Of a stretch of DNA of 64,000 bases, positions 12,698 to 21,773 are shown one piece after another; position 1 is the first letter of the stretch; the number at the start of each line of letters is the position of its first letter. The notes beneath the pieces were generated by a model that was not told where the DNA came from, searched no databases, and worked only from the letters and a program-made list of their open reading frames with translations. The stretch lies in assembly GCA_000182565.2 (NCBI GenBank), contig KQ257451.1; one strand, given 5' to 3'. Both the position numbers and the translations under genes were made by a program. The DNA comes from Spizellomyces punctatus DAOM BR117 (Eukaryota).

Positions 12698-12875
12698 GAA
12701 TGGGGATGATATAGTATAAGGAGGATTTAGACCATTACATGACTGTGCCACCCCTACATGACTGTGCCACACTGGAAGGTTACACAAGAGTGAGAATGGG
12801 TCACGTGGGGCGGGCCAGTAGAAAATCACGTGTTGATTGATAGCGTAATGGGTTACACAAGAGCGGAGTTTGAAA
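12698..12875 (+). repeat. Left terminal inverted repeat (178 bp)
   Basis: GAATGGGGATGATATAGTATAAGGAGG...GAGCGGAGTTTGAAA is the reverse complement of 39432-39609, apart from a 2-nt difference (TAGCGT vs TGACGT). Confidence 0.97.
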
Positions 12876-12899
12876 ATCACTCTTTGGGACTTTGAAATG

Positions 12900-13307
12900 T
12901 TAAAGCCAGAGTGAATAGTCTACTTCATTATACCAACGTCTCTTCATTTTACCCAAATAGCCGCCCACCCACTGATATGTACCCCTGTTCTCTGATACGT
13001 CAGACCTAAACTCTCTAACTGTAATCCATGAATCTAGCTGGGCAAGTGTCGGTTTATCCCCATCCGGGCGCCGTCTGTAGTAAACTTTCCACCCTCTGAC
13101 ATTATACCCAGAAACCCCACCACCAAGATAAAACGTATACACATCTAGCACAGTGTCGATTGCTGGTACACCCTCCATAACCAGGGGGTCATTTGGAAAC
13201 TGAAGTTTTGATAAGACTTTATCTTTTGCATCCTCGAACCGTGCCCGCCTAACAATCATCGTCTGAAGCTCGGCCGGTAGTTTGTCCCAGTGTGACTTGG
13301 CCGTCAT
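12900..13307 (-). CDS. Viral protein with an N-terminal F-box-like motif
   Basis: Begins SHWDKLPAELQTMI (LPxE(I/L)xxxI pattern); its ATG overlaps the upstream stop (ATGA). Confidence 0.6.
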   Translation of the reverse strand: MTAKSHWDKLPAELQTMIVRRARFEDAKDKVLSKLQFPNDPLVMEGVPAIDTVLDVYTFYLGGGVSGYNVRGWKVYYRRRPDGDKPTLAQLDSWITVREFRSDVSENRGTYQWVGGYLGKMKRRWYNEVDYSLWL

Positions 13308-13795
13308 AGTAATTGTCCGAGATAGTAAGAAGCTTTCTTGAAATCGGCCGTCTTGGTGTTGTCAGGTTTCTTGCCCGCTCTCGTCAGGTACTTGTAGACG
13401 TTTCCAATACAGAATCCCTCGAATTGCTCAGTCGACAGTTTGGCTTTCAGGATGTCGATCGTCTCGAGTCCGCCCTCTTTATAGTAGTCGGTTTTACCGT
13501 TAATAAAGAGTGTTGTACCGTTAAAACTTGCCGGTTGTTGAGATTCCACTTTGTTGCTGCTTGGTATAGAACGCTCTCCGATAGTTTCGTTGATATAGAC
13601 AGTCTGAAGTTTCGCCACTCCACTGCCGGGGGGATACACGTTGACCATCCTCTCTTTTGAAGAATCGTTGGTCTTCACAGCCACATAAGAGTTACCCGTT
13701 GTGTTCAAATACATCATACCAGTCCCGTTCATAGGAGCCACGTTGTCCATCTTCTTATAGTATGATTCCCCAACTGGCTCAAACGTGTAGAGCAT
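13304..13795 (-). CDS. DUF3310 (SaV/T7 gp1.7-like) domain protein, left copy
   Basis: C-terminal YYKEGGLETIDILKAKL..FEGFCIGNVYKYLTRAGKK..DFKKA.YYL; TATAAA at 13823-13828 on the minus strand; start at 13795 or 13750. Confidence 0.8.
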   Translation of the reverse strand: MLYTFEPVGESYYKKMDNVAPMNGTGMMYLNTTGNSYVAVKTNDSSKERMVNVYPPGSGVAKLQTVYINETIGERSIPSSNKVESQQPASFNGTTLFINGKTDYYKEGGLETIDILKAKLSTEQFEGFCIGNVYKYLTRAGKKPDNTKTADFKKASYYLGQLL

Positions 13796-13967
13796 GTAAG
13801 GGTAAAGTTTTCCACCGCCCCTTTTATAATGCCGTTCTCCCGAAAGGAGGGAAAGAAAAAGAAGCGACCTGTGACTGCCACACCTCATTGTCTTCCAAGG
13901 AAAAGAAAAGCTGTAAAGCTATAAAGGAAGCACTACGGCTCAACAACCCTGCACAGTTTTACACAAG

Positions 13968-14912
13968 ATGCACCAAAGTATATTCGATGGGCCAGGACAA
14001 CGAGAAGAGCAGTATTTGGATCTCATACGTGGCATTCTAGCATATGGGGAAAAACGCGCCGATAGGACAGGAACAGGCACACTAACCCTGTTTGCACCAC
14101 CTCAACTACGCTTTTCGCTGGATGGCAATAGCTTCCCTTTACTCACGACGAAGCGCGTACCGTTGCGTATGATTTTTGAGGAACTCATGTTTTTTATTCG
14201 AGGGCAGACAGATGCGACCATCCTGAGCAAAAAAGGGTGCAAGATCTGGGACGGAAATTCGTCTAAAAAAGCGTTGAAACACCTTGGGTTTGGTGACAGA
14301 CGGGCTGGGGATTTAGGTCCTGTGTACGGGTTTCAGTGGCGACATTTCGGGGCCGAATACACGAACGCGAAGGAGGATTATACTGGAAAAGGCGTGGATC
14401 AGTTGAAAGAAGTCATAAGACTTATCAAGGAAAATCCTACAGATCGAAGGATCGTCATGAGTGCGTGGAATCCAGCAGATCTATCAAAGATGGTGCTTCC
14501 ACCGTGCCACATGTTTTGTCAGTTCTATGTGTCTACACCCCCACCAGGGGAACCAGCGACTCTTTCGTGCCAAGTGTACCAGCGGTCATGCGACATGGGG
14601 CTTGGTGTACCTTTCAACATTGCAAGTTACGCTCTTCTCACCATCCTGATTGCGCATGTTACCCAGTTGGAACCAGGCGTGTTGATTCACTGCATGGGGG
14701 ACGCGCATGTGTACAATGATCATGTGGAGGCGCTCAAAGCGCAATTGGCGAGGAAGCCTAGACCGTTTCCGAAACTCTACATTTGGGGAAACGGGAGTAC
14801 ATCAACGACGGTAGATGAGATGGTTAAGGAACTGGAGGCGTTTGAGTGGGAACGGTTGAATTTGGTGGGGTACGAACCGCACCCTAAGATTACAATGAAC
14901 ATGTCTGTGTAG
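13968..14912 (+). CDS. Thymidylate synthase (ThyA/CDC21-type), virus-borne and intronless
   Basis: DRTGTGT, FAPPQLRFSL, FPLLTTKRV, GPVYGFQWRHFGA, LPPCH (catalytic Cys), YQRSCDMGLGVPFNIASY, GDAHVY. Confidence 0.97.
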   Translation: MHQSIFDGPGQREEQYLDLIRGILAYGEKRADRTGTGTLTLFAPPQLRFSLDGNSFPLLTTKRVPLRMIFEELMFFIRGQTDATILSKKGCKIWDGNSSKKALKHLGFGDRRAGDLGPVYGFQWRHFGAEYTNAKEDYTGKGVDQLKEVIRLIKENPTDRRIVMSAWNPADLSKMVLPPCHMFCQFYVSTPPPGEPATLSCQVYQRSCDMGLGVPFNIASYALLTILIAHVTQLEPGVLIHCMGDAHVYNDHVEALKAQLARKPRPFPKLYIWGNGSTSTTVDEMVKELEAFEWERLNLVGYEPHPKITMNMSV

Positions 14913-14927
14913 AAGTACAGAAAAGGT

Positions 14928-17900
14928 TTAAATAATCATAGGCCCTTGCCACCCTATAGGAAAGAGACGCCCCGTAGTCACATCCAATGTTCCTTTCATG
15001 TCTTTAGGTTTAAAGGCAAAATTCTTGAGAAAGTACTTTGTGAACACCCCTGAGCCCGGTTTGTACACAAACGTGAACTGTGGCACACCAACGACAGAAG
15101 CCTCGGACGCTGGATCTTGAAGATGTTCCAGCACAAGATCGACCATGATATCGAAATTGACAAGGGCAGATGTGGCGCGTTTGATGGAAAGCCCCTTACA
15201 TTTGACGACCGTCTCGCCGTCGGCCGCACGCAATCCGTATGTTTTAGGCCCCATACAGACAGCAGTCCGGATCCCCCCATGTTGGGTGTCTAGATCTTCA
15301 CGGGCCCATTCGCCCCACAGATCGCCTTCAGGGATATTGTAGTCTGCATCTGGGTCGTAGATGTAAACGATCGAGTCAGTATCATGCATCAACACACGAT
15401 CACCGAGCTTGTGAAGGTGTTCATGTAACATCAATCTACCGTAAGCAGGGACAAAGCAAGCAGCAGGCAAGTAGCCTTTATGGAGATTGACGCGGACAGT
15501 GCCAGTGTTACGAGTCGTCTTGATCACGCTCCGTGAGCCAATACGGGTGTACCCTTTGAAATGGTAATTGTTGGTGGAAATATTGTTGAAAAGAGCCCGT
15601 TCGGCGTCGTCGACAGGTCCATCGGCCAACACATGCACCATAGGTAAGTTGGGGTTCTCAGCATGTTTGCCCCATGCAGAATTCAACATGATTTTGAATG
15701 TCTTTTTGTACGCCGGCTGGTTCTTCCACCTATCAAAACTCTCCTGCACCATCTCGCCCATCCCGAACGACCGTTCGTAGGATGCAACCAGACGGGCTTG
15801 CTCTGCGAGGGAAGGAGTGTTCTTTGAGCTCGCCATTTTTTCAACGAACAAATCTTTTAGTAGGGGACCCCACAGACTCGGTCGTTTGGTGTACTGGTCG
15901 TAGCGGTACAGCTCTACCAATTCACAACCTACTTCGATGGCGCGTTTGAATTCCACCGATGTGAAGATACCCTCGACCATGCCGCAGGGGAATGTACATT
16001 TGACCGTGTCTGGGTTGAAAATAGGTAGAACCGGGTGGTACATGTTAGGAACCTTGACTTTAGCAGCGACAAACCCGAAAAACGTTTCATCAGCCATCAA
16101 CACATCGATGGAAGGTGATGCATTCGGAGCATAGTCCAAGGCAAGTTTACGATCTACACGGCGTCGTTTAACGTTGATTGAACAGTCTTCACACGGTATG
16201 GTTTCAGGATGTTCGTAGCACGGAAAATACCGATCGTCATATACGTGGATGGTAGGGTACCCCACAGGGTAGTCATTCGCCACCTGGACGTATGGATACA
16301 TGGACACAATATCCACATATCGAATCCTCACACCACGATTCCAGTCTTCGTCGCTGATGTGGTGGTACACTTTCCTTGCGTCTGTTCGACCCCCTCGCAG
16401 AGCCTTACGAGCGAACCAGTACTCGGAATAGGTCAACACAGCCCAGAACTCAGTTTGTGCCAAACGTTGAATCTCGCGCATGAACAACCCTTGGTCTGTT
16501 TTCGGGTCAGGTAGTGTAATGTCAGCGCAGAGTTTGCGTACGGACACCTCGTGGATGTACCCTGGAGCCGTCGGGTTGAACCAAGGGCTCATCCCGAATT
16601 TCCCACTCAGGATAGTGTGATACTGTTCAACGACACGCGCCAAGATCTCAACATCATTGACACAGTACGCAACAAGTTCCTCCATAAAGTTCCAAGGTTT
16701 ACCGAGTTGGGCGTCGTACCATGTGTTGAAAGCATCCAAATCGGCTTGTTTCAATACAGTGTAGGGTAAATCAAAATATTTTTTATCTGGAATCCCTTCG
16801 GTATGATTGTAGTTCTCGATGGAATTGAATAAATGGGGAAAATATCCTTTCCGCATACCACAATCGGCCCCGAGGAAATCGATAGCAAGACTTTTGAGAG
16901 ATCCTTGTAAATGAAGCATCGAATCGATGAAGGTGCACCACCCTAACGTGAAATGAACGATCTTGTTTCCACGCATGATGGGTTTGATGGGCGAATCGTG
17001 GCCGAATTCTTTACACGCTTCTTCATAGAGAAATCGTGAATCGTACCCACTGGCATTGTGAGCAATGATGATATGGCGCGCTGAATTGTCACTAAACATG
17101 CGCCGCAAAAACCGTTTGAGGCAATCGTCGCCAAAGTATGTTTCGACCTCCCCCTCGAAAACGTTTTTGAAGACGACCAAGTTCGGAACATGTTGATGAA
17201 TCTTTTCCCACCGTGTCACAACTGTTCCATCGTCATGACGAGCAAAATGATCGGGATGGTCTACGTCAGATTCCATCACCAACGTGTATTTGTCCTCAAC
17301 GATCTGCATCCGGCTTTCAATGTCGTAGGCCCATAATTTGTAAGTTTTAGGGGAATCGTCTTCATCGACAGCTTCACTGGAAACGAAATCTTCCACTGTT
17401 TGGTCTTGGTCGATTTCTTCAGACGATCCTTCAAACACCATGGACGATGGGCGTTCAGGGTCTTTCAACAAGATACACCGATGAAGAGATGTCTTGGCGT
17501 ATGGGACACGGCACACTTTACAACGTTTATTAGGACAATCGTGTTCGCCGTACTCTCCACATTCTCTACACTTTTTCATCGTCTTGGGGCGTTTAGTTGG
17601 GCGCATATCGGCAGTGACTGTATTGATAGGGCGCGGCGCCACACAGGCGGAGTGGGGGGTAGTTTGCAGGAACAACTCGACACAGGCGTGACAAAACGTG
17701 TAATTTCGTTGATTTCGACTTTTTAGTAATAACTCTTGTGGAGAACGGACGGCAGCGAAATGGGTTTGGTTCACGTCCATAGCGAGGTAGAGGCATTTGG
17801 AAATGTCGTCGTGGTCGAAAACGAAATCTTTACCGGCATACGTATGCTGACGAAACACCTTTTGGTGGTGGCTGTTCATCAGGATAGTGAGGCGGTACGT

Positions 17901-18650
17901 TGTAAAACGTTCGAGTTCGACGATGCGGCCGACTTGCTCAAGAGTGACTTCATCATCAAAACCGAGTTCGCGCTGTAAAGTGTACGCCCCACGATTGAAA
18001 CTGAGCATGTTTGCTTTACTGCGGTAGTGTTTACGATCCCATTCCAACAACATGTGTAGAGCGTACGCAGCACAGTTTATAGGTGTGCCGTCTTCCAATG
18101 TATGTTGGAGCCACGTACGACCGACGCCCCTGTCAGTATCCATCTTAAAAGGAGGTTTGATACATTTCCCCCCACTCCCGTGGATCATTGCGTTGGGGTC
18201 CAAGATGTAAGTCCATTGAATGTCGGATATACCCACGTCCGCTTGGTAAACGTTTTCCAAGATGTTCAAAAAGTTGTTAAAGTAAGCCACGTCAAGAGCA
18301 CCCACACGGATGGGGTCTTGATTGACGGTGAGCGAGCCATCCAATGTAGACCCTTGCATGTATCCCATAGCTGTAGCATTGATGTGGTCCACCGTCAAGT
18401 CGGAACGCCAGGTGGTGACAGCCCGAACGATCTCGTGGCGCATGATAGATGCCAAGGTACGTAACAAGGTGTTGTCATCGAACTGGGATTTCTCGAGCGG
18501 GGTGATAATGTACTCAAAGGAGACGCTTAAAGGACGGCCCGTGACTGTGTGGCGATCTACATCCAAGACGTATTCTGGGCGCCGTTCAGGTAGAGAAGGG
18601 GTAGAAGCTGAACGAGGGGTAGAACGGTTAGAGTCGCGAAAGAAAGACAT
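14928..18650 (-). CDS. Protein-primed family B DNA polymerase with a long N-terminal extension
   Basis: Exonuclease motifs AYDIES, AHNASGYDSRF, YCVNDV; polymerase motifs YVDIVSMYP, KIMLNSAWGK, HDTDS, GPKTY, KCKG; KGYFPH typical of pPolB. Confidence 0.96.
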   Translation of the reverse strand: MSFFRDSNRSTPRSASTPSLPERRPEYVLDVDRHTVTGRPLSVSFEYIITPLEKSQFDDNTLLRTLASIMRHEIVRAVTTWRSDLTVDHINATAMGYMQGSTLDGSLTVNQDPIRVGALDVAYFNNFLNILENVYQADVGISDIQWTYILDPNAMIHGSGGKCIKPPFKMDTDRGVGRTWLQHTLEDGTPINCAAYALHMLLEWDRKHYRSKANMLSFNRGAYTLQRELGFDDEVTLEQVGRIVELERFTTYRLTILMNSHHQKVFRQHTYAGKDFVFDHDDISKCLYLAMDVNQTHFAAVRSPQELLLKSRNQRNYTFCHACVELFLQTTPHSACVAPRPINTVTADMRPTKRPKTMKKCRECGEYGEHDCPNKRCKVCRVPYAKTSLHRCILLKDPERPSSMVFEGSSEEIDQDQTVEDFVSSEAVDEDDSPKTYKLWAYDIESRMQIVEDKYTLVMESDVDHPDHFARHDDGTVVTRWEKIHQHVPNLVVFKNVFEGEVETYFGDDCLKRFLRRMFSDNSARHIIIAHNASGYDSRFLYEEACKEFGHDSPIKPIMRGNKIVHFTLGWCTFIDSMLHLQGSLKSLAIDFLGADCGMRKGYFPHLFNSIENYNHTEGIPDKKYFDLPYTVLKQADLDAFNTWYDAQLGKPWNFMEELVAYCVNDVEILARVVEQYHTILSGKFGMSPWFNPTAPGYIHEVSVRKLCADITLPDPKTDQGLFMREIQRLAQTEFWAVLTYSEYWFARKALRGGRTDARKVYHHISDEDWNRGVRIRYVDIVSMYPYVQVANDYPVGYPTIHVYDDRYFPCYEHPETIPCEDCSINVKRRRVDRKLALDYAPNASPSIDVLMADETFFGFVAAKVKVPNMYHPVLPIFNPDTVKCTFPCGMVEGIFTSVEFKRAIEVGCELVELYRYDQYTKRPSLWGPLLKDLFVEKMASSKNTPSLAEQARLVASYERSFGMGEMVQESFDRWKNQPAYKKTFKIMLNSAWGKHAENPNLPMVHVLADGPVDDAERALFNNISTNNYHFKGYTRIGSRSVIKTTRNTGTVRVNLHKGYLPAACFVPAYGRLMLHEHLHKLGDRVLMHDTDSIVYIYDPDADYNIPEGDLWGEWAREDLDTQHGGIRTAVCMGPKTYGLRAADGETVVKCKGLSIKRATSALVNFDIMVDLVLEHLQDPASEASVVGVPQFTFVYKPGSGVFTKYFLKNFAFKPKDMKGTLDVTTGRLFPIGWQGPMII

Positions 18651-18778
18651 TGTGGGAGGAGTCTTGGCAGGATAACTAGTAGGTACAGCCTATTTTATAT
18701 ATTCAATGAACGTTACACAACCTAACTCTAAACTTTTGTCCGAAAACTAGCCTGAGGTTGTCCGAATGTGTGGAGCGG

Positions 18779-19480
18779 CTATGTGGCGCTCACGTTAGAC
18801 ACTGGAACGTCAACCAGGTCCACGGTGTCGGTACAACGTGCCATAAACAAGTTACACAGCCCTGTCCCCGGGGGCAACGTGATGACAGTGTCAGTGTTGT
18901 TTACCACGGACACGGTAACATCAAAAAAACTTTCTGAATCCAGCAAGATGTCACGGACGATTAGTCCAGGTACCGCAAAAGGATAGGGTCGTCCACAGAT
19001 GCGTCCAAGAAATCCCTTTGGAATCTGGATAGCGAATCCCAATGGGACGTCAACGGTCGCGCGGCCGGGGAGTACAAGCTTATAATCTGTTCGCAGGGAA
19101 AGGGTCCATCCAACGGAGTTACCGGTTCTGTACGGTAAGCGGGAAGAGTCGGTGTGGCGGAAACAGCGTAGCTCCACACGTTGAGACACCGCGAACAAAT
19201 CTCGTTTCGGGTCTGCGGGCGCGGCGGGTCTCGGGCGTTGGTACGGAAACATCCGTTGTACAGACTGTCGCCCGTGGTCGACGGGCGTCTGAAGAGGTTG
19301 CGCAGACGTTCCGTACGCCGGCGGAGCGTGTCCACCAGTACCGTGGAAAGCCTGCGTCGTGGCAGAGGGCTGGTGGTAGGTGCTGGTTGGCGTTGTGGAG
19401 AAGTTGTGTGGGCTAGGGCCTGGTTGGGCCATTTGCGCGAAGTCGTTCGAGGTGGGATGACCACAGGCATACGAATCCAT
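18779..19480 (-). CDS. dUTPase-fold protein with degenerate catalytic motifs and a low-complexity N-terminus
   Basis: LPGRATVDVPLGFAIQIPKGFLGRICGR and VVNNTDTVITLPPG fit the trimeric dUTPase fold; motifs I-IV are altered and motif V is absent. Confidence 0.75.
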   Translation of the reverse strand: MDSYACGHPTSNDFAQMAQPGPSPHNFSTTPTSTYHQPSATTQAFHGTGGHAPPAYGTSAQPLQTPVDHGRQSVQRMFPYQRPRPAAPADPKRDLFAVSQRVELRCFRHTDSSRLPYRTGNSVGWTLSLRTDYKLVLPGRATVDVPLGFAIQIPKGFLGRICGRPYPFAVPGLIVRDILLDSESFFDVTVSVVNNTDTVITLPPGTGLCNLFMARCTDTVDLVDVPVSNVSAT

Positions 19481-19801
19481 GTGAAACGTTTTTTCTTTTC
19501 TTTAGAAGAGGATGTGACGGTGAGCACAGTTGTGGGAACAGAGGGAACGCCCGAACTTGGCATGTTTTTATCACGAAAAGAGGCCCATCTGACAGGTGGA
19601 ATAGGATGTTTTGGACCAATGCGGCGATCGTAATAGGCGCGAATGGGGGCGGGGTACGTGGCGTCACGGCATAGGCACCAACGACACTTCATGGCGGCCG
19701 AATGGTTATAAAAAGGGCGGGTCCGGCGTTCCCATCCGCTACGGCCGCTCAAACATACCGTACGCCTTTTATACTCATTGGAAACATTCAATTAACGGAC
19801 C

Positions 19802-20425
19802 ATGACCACACCCACCATTCTCGGATTGTTGTTGGCTGACAAACAAATTGGAGTCGCCAAGTTTGCCATCGACGATGCCAGCGACAAGACTGTGTACACA
19901 CCGTTTGTTTACAATGGTAAACAACTGGTTCTCGAATGTCAAGGGCACTTGGCTGCCAGCGGCATAAAGATCTTCAAGAACGGCAAGTCCGAAAATCATG
20001 TCATCAGTATTGTCATGGACGATTCCGATGTGTTGGAATCCTTGGTCGACATGTTGGGGGCGTTGCCTCAACTTGCGCAAGGCGAAGAAGAATGGGAACC
20101 CAAACATCCGACGTGGAACGGACGTGTGGACTTTTCTCTTGGAGTCAACAAAAAGAGCGGCGCCTACTACGCCGACATCACGCCGAAATTCACCCCAAAG
20201 ACCGCCTCCAAACAAGAGACCAATCTACAGAAGGGGTACAGTTGTGAGATTGTTTGTTCCGTCAAGGCGTACATCAACCCAGAGAAAAAGTCGTACGGAT
20301 TGGCGTTGGGTGTGCGCAAAGTCACCGTCGATAAATCCAACGTGAAGGAAATTGAGTTCAATGAACGTGAATACGATGATCTCGAAGTGATCATGTTGTG
20401 TAAGTTTTTATTTGTGTTTGTGTAG
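19802..20425 (+). CDS. Putative OB-fold single-stranded DNA-binding protein
   Basis: Beta-rich 207 aa with LQKGYSCEIVCSVKAYI..SYGLALGVRKV followed by an acidic stretch, resembling T7 gp2.5/NCLDV-type SSBs; lies in the replication-gene region. Confidence 0.5.
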   Translation: MTTPTILGLLLADKQIGVAKFAIDDASDKTVYTPFVYNGKQLVLECQGHLAASGIKIFKNGKSENHVISIVMDDSDVLESLVDMLGALPQLAQGEEEWEPKHPTWNGRVDFSLGVNKKSGAYYADITPKFTPKTASKQETNLQKGYSCEIVCSVKAYINPEKKSYGLALGVRKVTVDKSNVKEIEFNEREYDDLEVIMLCKFLFVFV

Positions 20426-20911
20426 TACAACATTAACTTGGTATTGACTGACATGTCTACGTAGAAAGATCCAAGATGTCGAGGCTGTGTCGAAAACCAA
20501 CCCAATCAGTTAGCGCATATGGACATAGGAGGGTGCTTAACGCAGCAGTTAGATAATTGGTTGAATACGATAAAGTATTTACCTTAAATGTGTAACGTAA
20601 ATAAACCAACTATAAGACAATCAAGTCGTGGTGGTGGTGGTGGCGTCCGTTGTTCCAATGTTCATTCGTTTCTTGAACAAGGTTGCTGAAACCATGGCTA
20701 TGGCGTGCACCACTGAATTGGCTTCTGTACAGTTCGAGAAAGCGAGGACTTCTGAGGCGAGGAAAAGAGCCAGCGTGAGGGAGCCGCCAATAATGGTCAC
20801 CCATTCACTGGGTGAAAAGAGGCAGGCTCCTGACATGAGAAAGGCAAAAAAGACTATATAAAGAGAGGGCCCACACAATTCTTCTATAGGCCCATTGGTG
20901 TCGAACACAAC

Positions 20912-21760
20912 ATGGAATCCATCCACTCTACAATCCAATGGTTCAAGGACATGTGCGAGCGTAAATTGAAGGACCCCCCTCCCATCGCACTTGACTTAAA
21001 GTACGGATACGGCGTGGAGGAAGACGATAACGACACGGTGATCGACGAGGATACGGACTCTGTGTTGGTAGAGCGTTTGACGGAAGGATTATGGATTGTA
21101 CCTGTAAACGCCCCAGCCAGACTCGACGACTATTGGACCATGTTCAGGTACACATTTCCCGAACAGCAACGTAGTGGCCTCGCGTATCTACTCATCGAAC
21201 GTCGCGACGCAGCGCTGGAAATGGCCACCGAAACGGCCATCAACGCTCAGTGTGTGATGTCGCCAGCGTTGAAACGCAGGTTCTTGCACCTGGCGCTGGA
21301 ATCGCGTATGGAGTTGAGACGAAGGGAGGTGGTTCTCCTCAACTTCCAGGTGCACACAGGCTTGTTGGGGATCCGCTCAGGGTGTGTTGGGGAACTGTTT
21401 TTGGCCTGTTCTGCGCTGCACCGGATCCGCGTGTTTTTGTACGATCTGTTGGAGAAGGACTTGGTGACGCGGGGGCTTGGGAAGAACTTGAAGAAAGCCA
21501 AGCATGACCACCCGACGGCCATGAAGCGGGTCATGTTGCTGAATGCGAAACCATCTCGTTCAATGGGGTTTGACGATCTCGCGATGAACTTGCCCCACCA
21601 ACTGGATTTGGTGGCCACCTACTTTCAAACATTAATGGATCACATGATTCGGGACGATCGTTACGTAATTAGATTTGAGGAATTAAGTGTATTAACGCGT
21701 TTATGTGACATGGCCGTCAAAAGTATGGGTGGTGTATTGAGTCTATGCCTACACGAATAA
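20912..21760 (+). CDS. Viral hypothetical protein (282 aa, helical)
   Basis: Long ORF with TATATAAA at 20855-20862 upstream. Confidence 0.7.
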   Translation: MESIHSTIQWFKDMCERKLKDPPPIALDLKYGYGVEEDDNDTVIDEDTDSVLVERLTEGLWIVPVNAPARLDDYWTMFRYTFPEQQRSGLAYLLIERRDAALEMATETAINAQCVMSPALKRRFLHLALESRMELRRREVVLLNFQVHTGLLGIRSGCVGELFLACSALHRIRVFLYDLLEKDLVTRGLGKNLKKAKHDHPTAMKRVMLLNAKPSRSMGFDDLAMNLPHQLDLVATYFQTLMDHMIRDDRYVIRFEELSVLTRLCDMAVKSMGGVLSLCLHE

Positions 21761-21773
21761 GAGCTACTTTCTA

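Noticed and set aside
12736-12770. 16-bp direct repeats as a CRISPR-like array
   Set aside because: Only two copies 3 nt apart, part of the TIR, no cas genes
18961-19791. 276-aa minus-strand ORF overlapping the dUTPase-like gene
   Set aside because: Arg/Pro/Thr-rich alternative-frame composition with no domain; a short real gene from ATG 19692 cannot be excluded
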